Shown here in pieces: positions 10,299 through 21,639 of a DNA stretch of 26,374 nucleotides. Source of the stretch: Selaginella moellendorffii (lineage: Eukaryota > Plantae > Lycopodiophyta); NCBI RefSeq assembly GCF_000143415.4, contig NW_003314262.1:1015617-1041990 (forward strand), given 5' to 3'. Numbering within the stretch: position 1 is the stretch's first letter; each line of letters starts with the position of its first letter. The position numbers and the translations under genes were made by a program. Under the pieces are notes generated by a model. It was not told the origin of the DNA and did not search any database. It worked only from the letters and a program-made list of their open reading frames with translations.

Positions 10299-12580
10299 TT
10301 GCAGGAACAAGATCCAGATTGGTAGTCAAGTCGCTAGGGAGAAAAGCTGAGAAAATTGGTGAAAAGGCTTTATATTTTTTTGTTTTTGTGTTAGAACTAA
10401 AACTTTGCATCTTTCTTTCAGCTTATGCAAGACAATAATTTAAATCCAGGCCTTCAGGAGGAATACATCCCTGCCGAAAAAAACTCTCCTCCATCCCCCT
10501 TGCTGCCATCAGCAAATTGTGGGCTTGCCACGGAGATGAACATGGAAGAAAATGATGTCAAGTGCTCCTCTATTATGGAGAGATTGATGTTTGCAACGAA
10601 TGGTTTTCACCTCTGGTATCTGGATGAAGATCAGCATCTCACTATCAGGTTTGTCTTTTTTTGTGTGTGAAACTACATTGTAAACCTTGGTGTGCAGCAT
10701 GCAGCAGCGGTTGTACATGATAAGATGTTCATGATTGGAGGGAACAACTATGTGAACGATGTCCAGATATGTAGCTTTCGCTTTTTAATAACTGTTTGTT
10801 GTGGGTGGCCACTCAAAAAACTTCCCCGACTCTGTCTCAGGTTAATGTAATGCAGAGGAGCTTTAAGATCCATCTCACTTCAGTGCTCTCTATCTCCAGT
10901 TCATGCTTTTGACGTGGGGACTTTCACTTTCACTTGCAGGAACAAGATCCAGACTGGTAGTCAAGTCGCAAGGGGAAAATGTTGAGGAAATTGGTGAAAT
11001 GGCTTTATTTTTTTTCATTTTTGTGTTATAACTAAAACTTTGCAGCATTCTTTCAGCCTATGCAAGACAATGATTTAAATTCAAGTCTTCAGGAGGAGGA
11101 CATCCCTGCTGTAAACGACTCTCCTCCATCCCTCTTGCTGCCATCAGCAAATGGTGGGATTGTCACGGAGATGAAAATGGAAGAAAATTATGTCAAGTGC
11201 TCCACTATTATGGAGAGATTGATGTTTGCAATGAATGGTTTTCACCTCTGGTATCTGTCTGCCTTGATTGTCCACGTGGTGGAGAACAACCACTGGGCAA
11301 TCTGCATGGACCACTTTCGAGCTACATTAGTGCCGGAGATCTGGAAGAAAAGACAGGCTTTTGTATGCATGGAGTTCACGTTGATGGAATGGACGTGCTC
11401 AAAGTCGGTGAGGTGGCTAAGGAAGCCATTAGGGGTGACGGCCCGATATTAGTGGAGTGTGAGACTTATCGGTATATAGAGGTCATTCTCTCGCTAATCT
11501 GGACGACATCTACAAGCCTGGTAAGTGCCTTGCTTTGTTCTTCGCTCTCTTCTGGTTCTTGGAAGCTAAAATTTGTTCTTTCTTTCTGTCCAGAGCAAAA
11601 GAGCAAGCATGCCGCTCGCACATCCCTCCTTTCAAGAAGTACTTGCTGGAAGAAAGACTAGCCAGTGAGGAAGAGTTGAAAGCCATTGAAAAGAAGATCG
11701 AGGAGATTTTGGAGGATGCTGTGGAGTTTGCGGATGTGTTGCTTCCTCCACCTCACAGCCAGATCCTGGAGAACGTTTGTGGATCACTGAGGCTTTGGAA
11801 TCTGGCCGGATGGGAAATACAGGGGCGAGGATCCAGCCTTCACACAGCAAAAATGTTTAGAGACAGGATACAGTTTGTTGTGGGTGGCCACTCAAAAAAC
11901 TCAACAGTCTGGATCCTGTTTCTGTAAGTGAAAGTGAAAGTCCCCGTGTCAAAAGCATGAACTTGAGATAGAGAGCACTGAAGTGAGATGGATCTCAAAG
12001 TTCCTCTGTATTACATTAACCTGAGACAGAGTCGGGGAGTCAAGTCGCAAGGGGAAAAAGTTGAGGGAATTGGTGAAATGGCTTTATATTTGTTCGTTTT
12101 TGTGTTAGAACTAAAACTTTGCAGCATTCTTTCAGCCTATGCAAGACAGTGATTTAAATCCAAGCCTTCAGGAGTAGTACATCCCTGCTGTAAACAACTC
12201 TTCTCCATCCCCCTTGCTGCCATCAGCAAATGGTGGAACAATGTCTCGGTATGTAGTGTTTTGCTCTTTAATAACTGATGTTGCACCTTTGCCATAGGTG
12301 CTCAATCTAAGAACGTTCACCTGGTCCAAAGTTGAGCAAAAGCTCCCAATGTCTCCTTTTGTCCTTGTCCATGCCACCCTATGCCGGTCATAGCCTGGTA
12401 ATTTTTTTAGCTTTATACTTTCATCTTACAATATTCCCGAGTGTTTTCAGATTCTGAAGAACAGGATGCTGTTTGTTGGTGGCCACTTGAGAAACCCTTG
12501 ACTCTGTCTCAGGTTAATATAATGCATTTCAGTGTCTCACTTCAGTGCTCTCTATCTCCAGTTCATGTTTTTGATACGCA
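10299..12580 (+). repeat. Three tandem diverged copies of an ACBP4-like segment (starting about 10299, 10935 and 12039)
   Basis: gtcaagtcgc...aattggtgaaa..ggcttta...aactaaaactttgca...tatgcaagaca...catccctgc...ttgctgccatcagcaaat occurs three times (ATG at 10425, 11060 and about 12139). Confidence 0.95.
11261..11850 (+). pseudogene. pdhA: 3' fragment of plastid-type pyruvate dehydrogenase E1 alpha subunit, with one retained intron
   Basis: LIVHVVENNHWAICMDHFRATLVPEIWKK / MHGVHVDGMDVLKVGEVAKEAIRGDGPILVECETYR / RGHSLAN, intron 11521-11593 (gtaagt..ccag), then KKYLLEERLASEEELKAIEKKIEEILEDAVEFAD..QILENV / GFGIWPDGKYRGEDPAFT. The last motif is typical of plastid E1-alpha C-termini. Several frameshifts. 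Confidence 0.93.
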
Positions 12581-14962
12581 GACTTTCACTTGGTTGCTTT
12601 TTCCAACATATGGACAAGCTCCGGTGCATGTGACATACTGTATCACGAACTTGAGATTGATCATTTGCTGTTTGAGGGGCCAGTCTGTTTCGCTGATCGG
12701 ATCCTGCTTAGTGGAGTCATGTTTGGTGGAGAAGACTCCAATAGGTGTTTGCTCAATGACCTCAACATCTTTGATCTGGAAACAATGACATGGGAAGCTG
12801 TCAATGCAATATAAGCCAGCACAGATGTATATCGGATGTGAGGTATGCTATTTTGATTATCCTTGCTGGCCTTACTCCGATTCTATTTGTTATTTTCTGT
12901 CCTGTCTAGTCATCTTTATGTGTTTGAATGGCAAAGAAACATTAATAGCCTTGGTTGTTTTTGAGATTGTGACTTGTATTGAGGTGAAAGCTGTCAGATG
13001 CATGTACTGAAGACATGCAAAAGCCAATCAGAGGTATCTCCTGCTCCGAGTGTTGGTGGAAGCCATTTTACAAATCTGCAAATGTGCCCGAGAGCTCAAT
13101 AATTTTGAAGGAAACAATAGATCATCAGCCTATGGTATGATGTTTTTGTGCGTCTCTTCCCTGTTTGATAATGTTATTTTACTTCTTTCCAGGAGAATGG
13201 CAGCTACAACACACCAAAGTTGCTAGAGCTTAAACAGGAGCTTGAAGTGGCTCTAGCATCACGCTAAGATGAAATAGCATGTACAGCTATGACTGGTCGA
13301 ATATGGAGAAACCCTTAGCTTTTGTGAATTGCTTTAATGGCAAGGAGCTTATGCAGCATGATAGTTCATGGCAGAATGAAGTAGAGGCACTCCAGGTTTG
13401 GCATTCGTGTTGGATGTCTCTATGCTTCTCTCTGAAAGTGACGAAAAGAATGAGATTGCTATGCTCCAGGTCGTGTCGGTGCTGCTGTTGTCCACCAGCA
13501 GTGACATTCCTGCCAGTGTTGCTTGCAGCAAGATCAAGATCATCGTTGAGTTTTAGGCAAATTGATGAAGATGCCTGGAAAATGAGAGATGAAAACAAGA
13601 ATAGAAAGAAAAAAAAGAACCAAAAAGGCTCTGGAAATATCTGTATAGCTGTGAGAAGAAGCTCTGGAAATGGTTGATTAGAAACTTGAGGAGTCTCTTG
13701 ATTAGAATCTTGGAGGGGTCAGGAAAACTTCCTAGCAGAGAGTAGAATTTTAAACCTTGGGAGAAAAGAAAGCTTGGATGACAAAAGCAAAGTACCTTGA
13801 GCATGTTGCATTGCATAAAATCCTGTCTTGGCTTCTTAAGACAGGAGGACATTGTGCACATCCAGAATGTTCAAGTCATGTCAAAAGTGTTTCTAAGAGG
13901 ATTTTCAGATAGAGACAGACTTGGATAGGACATTTAAATTCATACCTTGTCAAGATGCTCTCCATGTGCTTGAAAAAACTTTTGGCGTTACTTGCATGTG
14001 CTTCTTGATGGCTTACAATCACTGGCCATTGAGTGACAAGGAGTGGAAGAATTGGTGACAAAATAAAGGGAAAGTGTGCATTTCAGTGGTAAACCTTATT
14101 GTTTTAATCATTTTCTTGCAAAAGAATTTTGAACTAGAGAGGATAAATGTTGGTGATTTAGTGTTCTACATTCTTTTTCAAGTGTTTTAGGTTTTGGTCG
14201 TCATGAAGCAAGAGTAGTTACAACATTTTACAAAATTCAAATAAGATCTGGAAGATGATAGTGGTTGAATTTCCATATTTATGGGAATTTGTTTTAGGAC
14301 TTGGAGCATTGCTTCCTGGCAGACATTTTTGAAAGAGTCATGTGTTGAATGTTCATCACAATAGTGAAATAGATTGTGCTCCCTATTTTCAACTAAGAAA
14401 AAAATTATATAAGAGACCACTAAATCTCATTACCAAGAGAATCACAATGAATCATTGTTCTATTGTTTTATTTTTTAAAGATGTGTTGTTCTATTCCAAA
14501 GTATGTACAACTACATCTTCTCAAATTGAAATGTTCTCTACTTCTCCCAGTGGAGTTGGGGTTCCTATTAACGTGTGTGTCCATGAGCCCAGTGTTAGAG
14601 TTGGCAGCTGGATAGCCGAGGCTTTACCACGATCGCCTGCAAGTAGAGGTGTAATTGGCAGCTTCATTCTCATTCACTGTGCAGGCAGGTTCCCATGGTC
14701 TAGAAGGATGCCTTTGGCAGCATGACTCATCAGCTCAGTAGCGAGAATGTCTTGGTAATTGTTACCAGAGGTGGCCAGCACTAAGTGAGTAGGTTGTTAT
14801 TGGTGACATGGTATGTGATGTACTACTGGAGCCATCACATTGGCTCTTGCAATGAAAAAAGCTGACTGCTTAGAAATGCACACTCTAGGTGAGGGATGTG
14901 AAGCCAGTGCTGGTGTTATAGGCACCAAAGAAATGCCAAACAACTGACTGCTGCTGATGTCA

Positions 14963-15468
14963 NNNNNNNNNNNNNNNNNNNNNNNNNNNNNNNNNNNNNN
15001 NNNNNNNNNNNNNNNNNNNNNNNNNNNNNNNNNNNNNNNNNNNNNNNNNNNNNNNNNNNNNNNNNNNNNNNNNNNNNNNNNNNNNNNNNNNNNNNNNNNN
15101 NNNNNNNNNNNNNNNNNNNNNNNNNNNNNNNNNNNNNNNNNNNNNNNNNNNNNNNNNNNNNNNNNNNNNNNNNNNNNNNNNNNNNNNNNNNNNNNNNNNN
15201 NNNNNNNNNNNNNNNNNNNNNNNNNNNNNNNNNNNNNNNNNNNNNNNNNNNNNNNNNNNNNNNNNNNNNNNNNNNNNNNNNNNNNNNNNNNNNNNNNNNN
15301 NNNNNNNNNNNNNNNNNNNNNNNNNNNNNNNNNNNNNNNNNNNNNNNNNNNNNNNNNNNNNNNNNNNNNNNNNNNNNNNNNNNNNNNNNNNNNNNNNNNN
15401 NNNNNNNNNNNNNNNNNNNNNNNNNNNNNNNNNNNNNNNNNNNNNNNNNNNNNNNNNNNNNNNNNNNN
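14963..15468. other. Assembly gap (N run)
   Basis: Ns. Confidence 1.
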
Positions 15469-16945
15469 AGTTATTATGGTAATTTCTTTGTACTATACTA
15501 TGAACTTTGATAAGGCAATCCTAGGAAGACCACATTTTGGTAATTTTTGAAGGAAACAAGCATATTTCCATCACATCACTCCACCAAGCAAGATAATAGT
15601 AATACAGTTACTCATTAGTATTTAGACCCCAGCTCTATTGGGCAAACAAACATAAAATTTGAATGAGCAATATACAAACATCCACTTTTTGCTATTAAAT
15701 TTGGTGGCAACAATGAATTCCTGAAGTACCATTATACTCTTTCTATCAGTTTTGAAGTTATGCTTAATCAACTTAGCCACAAAGACTCATGGCAAAGCTC
15801 ATTATCATTGGATAAATTGCTAGAAGACTTGCTAGCAGTGGGGAGGATGCAAGGAGAGAATTAATGGCAACACTACTATATTTCCTCCTTTTCCCCTCTT
15901 CCCATTTTTTTTTTTTTGATAAACTATGGCCTATCAGCCTTAGAAAAGGACAATCCTAGGATCTTTGCCAATAATTCTTCCCCTCTTCTATATGGCAAGA
16001 GTGGATGCAAGGTCTTAGCACTTGCATCATGCACTTACAAAGTTACTTGTAACATCAAAAGTTGTAAATGACTATTAACACTTTCTTAGACATGGCTATC
16101 TCTCTCCTTTTTTTTCAGATTTACATATTGTTCTGCTCCAAAGTATATATAACATCTTTTCATCTTTACTTTTCCTAGTAGAGCTGGGAGCTTGTTAGTA
16201 TATTTAAACTAAAGAGTTGGTATAATAATGGCATATGCTAAAGATGCTTATTCTGGGTATATGCTGAGATCTAATGGCCAAGATCTAATTGTGCAAAGTC
16301 ATGTCATTTCAAATCATAGAAAAAAGTTTTGTGGCGTTTTAGGGCTGGAAAAAATGCGTTCAACAACAGGAGAGGCACCAGGCAGATGTGCTCTCTCCTG
16401 GAATTCTGTTCTTGTAGACTATTTATATTTTCCACTGGAGGTTAGAATTCGATCCCCGATTCTTCGCGGATTGGCATTCTCTCTTTTTGTTTCTCAATTT
16501 ATATTTTTCTCGCAGAATGATGTTTGATGCTGCCTTCCACAGATTGGTAGGTAAATCTGGAATTATGAATGCTTCTTTTCTTAGCACCTCCAGCCAAGAG
16601 CAAGAAGAAGAAGAAGATGGTGCTGCATCCTCCAGTTATTATCCTCCAGTGATTCTCAAGGAGCTGCACCAAAAACTCTGGAAGAGGTTAGCAGTAGAGC
16701 TTCTCATTGATCAATGGGAGGCAACTTGATATACCTGACTATAAACCATGGAGGCACCTCTTTCGTAGCCCAGAAAAAATTCTAGAGAAGTGGAGAACCA
16801 ATCTGGGATGTCAACCAGATCCAGCATCCGAGTCCTCTCCTCTAGTTCCTTAAACGATGAGCTGCTCAAGGTCTTGCTGCTCATTCTCGTCAAGAATGTG
16901 CAGGTGTGCTAAAAAATTGAAAACTCACTTGTGGTTGAGGAAACA

Positions 16946-17660
16946 GGATTGCAGGCAATGAGAATATGCATTAGTGCCCCACTTTCTGCAAAACCTGACG
17001 TAGAAGAGGTTGTTGTGGACAGTGAGGGTGTGAAGATTGTCAATATTTCTGTGGAGGGTCTAAGTCAAGCTACTATACTATGTAGCACTAACTTTGTGAC
17101 ATCTTCAAAGAGCGTGTCTATGAAACTAAGATGGGTATGACTTCTTGATTGGAGATAAATCACTTTTTTTTTATTAATCACATATGTTATAATCAAGTGG
17201 CATGGCAAGGTGCTGGAAAGACAATGGGCCAGGTGGTGGCATAGCATGAGCACTGATATCAACAATTTTTTTCCAGACATCGAGTGTCATGAAAGCATTT
17301 CATGCGGTGTAGGATACATAGATGTGATAGGCGTTAACTTGCAAGTAGAATTTTTTTCCTTACTCGGCTTTGCTTGGTTTACCTATTGGTTCCATATAGG
17401 AGCTGTCATACGAATAAGAGCAGCTGAAGAATGATTTGTTGATAGCAGATCTGTATAAAAGCCTTGACTTGGTAGTTCTTGTGCATAATCTGGCTCACAA
17501 GATTCCCAGGCTGCAACAACAGGCTGCCGATCACTCTCAACCAGCTCTTGGCACCCTCTTGGATGAGATCACTGCTGCTGAGGTCCCTTTCGTTTTAGCT
17601 CTTGCCATGAGTGCCTTCAAGCGTTGCAGCCATGGACGCGTACAAGTCCACTCCCGACTC
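16946..17660 (+). pseudogene. C-terminal (P-loop-like) fragment of an At3g07400-like class 3 lipase family gene
   Basis: GLQAMRICISAPL; EGLSQATILCSTNFVTSSKSVSMKLRWV*LL; ESISCGVGYIDVIGVNLQ; DLYKSLDLVVLVHNLAHKIPRLQQQ..QPALGTLLDEITAAEVPFVLA; AMDAYKSTP. These follow, in order, motifs recalled for this family (CTSDFATVAKEV..RRVRL, CYSDTVGVNLQ, DLIILVHNLSHRIPR, QPALALLLDE). Has stops and frameshifts. Confidence 0.8.
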
Positions 17661-18143
17661 AGTGGAAGATGATCCAGATAAGGAGAAGTGGCGATTGATT
17701 GTTTGTAGTACCTCCAAGCATGACCTAGAAAGGGTGGGTAGAATGAAAATTTTCTGAAGAGGTTAGAGTGAAATGTAACTTTGTTATCCCAGCTAGCTTG
17801 GGAGGAGTATGGCGATGATATATGGCGATTGATGGATCGGCTATCAGAAATATACTATGAAGAGCTATCCAAGGTTCACAGTTTGTCATGAAACGGAATG
17901 AGAACACCGTGATTGTTTTGCAGGTGCTGGCCCACAAGAATGGCTGGCAGCTCTTTATTCAGCAGGAGTTCCTTGTGCTGTTGCATCCACAATGGATCAG
18001 ATTAGCTTGTTGAATGCACTCATCAGAATGGGTCTTGACAAGAGTGAGGCTGTTAGATACGTCGTGCATGGTTTTAATACAATCATTATTGAGTCTAGGC
18101 AGTTGTCACAGAAGAGGATGGAATGGACTCCTCCACGGATTGG

Positions 18144-18217
18144 GAGCTGGATCCTTTGTCCCAGAGACCAGCGTGGCCGCGAGCTAGATCCTTTGTCCCA
18201 GAGACTAGAGTGGCCAG
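18144..18217 (+). repeat. 37-bp tandem duplication
   Basis: gagctggatcctttgtcccagagaccagcgtggccgc / gagctagatcctttgtcccagagactagagtggccag. Confidence 0.95.
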
Positions 18218-20939
18218 GGTTTATGCAGAATGTGGTGGTGGTAACACATCACAGCCGAGCAGCACCCCTCTCTGTTCGATCACTGGTCCACAAAGATCTT
18301 GAGGAGATCCTTCCAGCAAAATATCTTATCGATATTGGTATCAAGGAGCCACTGGAAAATAATCTAGAGTAACTTCAGCCAAAGAGATTGATTGAGCTCT
18401 CCAGTTGCCAAAGACCCGACTACCATTGCTCTGGCAGCTGCTCAAGATGTCCACTGGTGAATTCCAAATATCTTCACATCCAGCTCAACGAGCATTCAAG
18501 CGACATACTAAGTAGTGAGTGCCTCACTCTCATGCTTTCCTGTTCATTAAAGTTCCTGTTTTTCCAGTTTTATTGTTCCTCCAAAGTGGAAGTTTAGCTC
18601 TTTGTTTCACAGATTTATAAAGCTGATCCACCCAAGAGAGTTCGAAAGTCAGAATCATGTCTCCAACTAGAGACTTAAGTTCTGCAGCCTTGAAAACCCC
18701 AGGAAGCAATCTTCCACTTCCGCAGAGCCTATCACCTCCACTTCACAATTGCAGCCTCATTGCTCACTGGCCTCTTATTGTTTTTTTTTTCTATGAGCCT
18801 CTTCTTGTCCTTTTGGTAAGAGCGCCAGTAACAAAAACGAGCTTCTGAAGAAAACATGTGGGAGGTCTTCTTAGCTGTTAGAGTAGAGCATAGGAAATTA
18901 TACAAGGAAGGCAATCTCCAAGGGCAAATGGAACCTTTAGGTCCTTGATATAGTTCTTTTTATTTTTCCCAATTTTTAAGATATCACATTGCCTAGAGCT
19001 GGAATATTATACAAGAAGGTAATAATTAATGGATTTAAGTCCTTGTTCTGTTTTCTAGCTTTAACAGAACCCACTGATAAACTCTATAGTAATGCAAAAC
19101 ATTAGGAGATTATTGGGAACAATGATCTATTATTGAACCACCATGATCTATTGCTATAATATCACCAAAGTAGGATATTGTGACTTATGGTGATTTTGCT
19201 CCGGTTGTGGGACATGCAATGGAATGGTATCCAATGCTACTTGGTAGCTCTGAAGATCAAGCCCTATGAAATATCAAAAAAGTATATATGAACAGTAAAT
19301 AATATGACTTTCAACCTTCATTGTGATAATTGTGTTACTAAAAAACTGTTATGGAAAACACAGATATATAACATGAAATAACAGCGTGTTACATAGAGAA
19401 ACACTTAGTTTGCAAGATTAATCTTATTGTATATCAATCATTAGATGGTAGAATAAACTAGAGTATGCAGGATGTATTTGAAAAAGTCTGTAAATTCTAA
19501 ACATATTTTAAAATTATAAATAAAGGACTAATCTTAATGAATAGCAACCATTAGACAGTAGAACATCCCAAATATCCAAGTATAATCTAGGTACATCAAC
19601 TACCTCTGTAGTTAGATTATCCAAGTACAATCTAACTACATCAACTTATGCAAACCAAAAGTATTTTACAATTATAGTATTTCAATTTATATATCAAACA
19701 GAAATATAAGAAACTTCATATAAAACATTCTAGCTCTTCTTTGATCAAATAACCATGTGATTGGACATTTGTCTCTGACAAAAAACGGTTGGGATATTTT
19801 TAAATAATTCTAAATAATGCTATTGAGACACTACTAACACCACTAGAATAATAAAGAATAAATGATAATATAATATTTCTTTATCGGCTTGAGTAAAATT
19901 GACTAAATATAAACAAATAATTCTTTATAAGCACAATATGATTTATAAGTAAAATTTTATAAATAAATTAAAATTATATAATCTATATATATTTTAAAGA
20001 TGTTATTTTATAAATTTATAAAATAACATCTATAAAATTTAAAAAAATATTTAAGTAGAATATTATCAAAAAACAGTATGATAATATAGTCTTGGTTATT
20101 TTTCATTTAAAAAATTTAAAATTCTTAAATATTTTCAAATCATTATGGTATTATTATATCATTTCAGACAACAATTATATTATAATAATAAATCCTTTAT
20201 AATTTATGATTAATTAAGTAGTTCACATTTTTATATTAATTCTTCAAAAAAGTGGGGTTTTTAGCTCATGATTCATCTATTAGTTTTCTTCTTCCAAGGT
20301 TTGTTATGCATGTTATGATTATTATGAACATTTTATATATAAATATGAATATAAGCGTTTAAAAATTACTAAATAATGGTAATCATAATTAATTCCCTAT
20401 AATGGACTCATGACACATAAAAGATTAGTTGTTAATATATTGACTTGAACAATTTAGCATTTATCCTGTATATTAAAAATTGTTAACTACTAATAAATTT
20501 TACCAAACTTTATGTGATATTATCATGGTGATTTATTAAATTTATTACATTATATAGATATATAAAAATGTTTCTAGTTATAATAATATAATTATTCATG
20601 TTAGATATATTTATAGATTTATTTATATTTAATTATAAGTATTTTTTATCTTGGTAGAAGATCTAAAATTTCACCTGGCACTCTGATTATATTTGTTATG
20701 TTTTAAAATGTTTTATTATTATTTTTGTGAATTGCAAATGGTATTTTAAATTTAAAGATTATATTATGTTATGTTAGCTATGTATATTATACTGATGATT
20801 ATGTTAAATTTATGATTAAAATTACGTTTTTTGAAATCACTAAAACATCAAGAATAAACACAATGCTTCCAGGTAATAGCTCAAATTGGCAAACCTTCTC
20901 ATGCAAATAACAACAAGATATTGTTCTGCTTAGAGAATT

Positions 20940-21105
20940 TTCAGAAGAACATCTAGGCAACCTTAAGGGATTGCAATATTTTGTCAGTGATTGAGGTTGA
21001 CAGCATTGAAGTCAAAGTGATAGATGTTTATAATTTTGGCATGCCTTGTAATGATGATCCAAAAAAAATCAATGTGTATGTCCTTTGAGGTTAATGTAAT
21101 TATGA
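20940..21105 (+). repeat. Diverged copy of 23870-24030 (3' end of F-box/kelch pseudogene)
   Basis: Shared cagaagaacatct.ggcaa, caaagtgatagatgttta and tttgaggttaat.taattat. Confidence 0.8.
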
Positions 21106-21639
21106 CAATTCCAAAAGGTCAAGAATGAAATTTAAATGGTAACAAAATAACTCAGATAAACCTCAACTTCTTTATAGAGAGAAATTGTAAAAGAACTGCA
21201 AAAGTTATATGACATTCCTAATTCTGCCACCACTTAGCATCAGTGTTGTCAATGCTGCCATAGGATGTTTAGTTGATATCTAATAGATATTCTCATTTTA
21301 TTTTTTAACTAGGGTTCAGTTAGGAACACATGGGAACTGACTTGCCATGTCAAGAAAATGAATTGTCATATGTAAAGCTACTTATATGTCTATATCTCCA
21401 TCTAATTTTTATGCTGCATTATAAAAGTCAATTAAACTTGTATGATGAATGATGATATATCCCAAATTGGCAGTCTTGCCCAGACCACTAAAGGTGCTTA
21501 ATATATATGATGTGTGTTTTTATATTAGAATTGTTATGTATAATATGATTAGTATGAACTTTTCAAATATAAAGATGAATATGACCTTTTAATAACAAAA
21601 ATGTACATGGCACTCCTAGCAAAGCTGGGACTTGTGCCT

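Larger units (their letters stand above)
10210..13290 (+). pseudogene. ACBP4: Fragmented, partly triplicated class IV acyl-CoA-binding protein (ACB + kelch repeats), ACBP4/5-like
   Basis: Exon remnants with introns: EAMRLFFRTLK|EQDPDW*SSR (end of ACB domain); VCNEWFSPLVSG*RSASHYQ|HAAAVVHDKMFMIGGNNYVNDVQ; VLNLRTFTWSKVE; PPYAGHSL; MLFVGGH; VHVFDTQTFTWLLFPTYGQAP; RGQSVSLIGS..VMFGGEDSNRCLLNDLNIFDLETMTWEAV; coiled-coil-like KLLELKQELE. Stops, frameshifts and deletions throughout. Confidence 0.85.
9834..16198 (+). mobile_element. Putative non-autonomous Helitron H2 carrying ACBP4-like and PDH-E1alpha fragments
   Basis: Starts right after the CTAG at 9833 with a weakly related 5' region (tatttaaaag...atatgct...ctaatggtt) and a CT microsatellite about 220 bp in, as in H1. 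Ends at a decayed terminus TCCTAGT-AGA-GCTGGGA (16173-16189) + TTAG (16195-16198) + T. Spans an N gap, so continuity is unproven. Confidence 0.5.

Noticed and set aside
11261-11850. pdhA as a plastid-DNA insertion or horizontal transfer
   Set aside because: It carries a spliceosomal GT-AG intron, indicating a nuclear gene donor.
14957-15550. 197-aa ORF
   Set aside because: Artefact of the N run.
18144-18217. 37-bp repeats as a CRISPR array
   Set aside because: Only two adjacent copies, no spacer, eukaryotic context.
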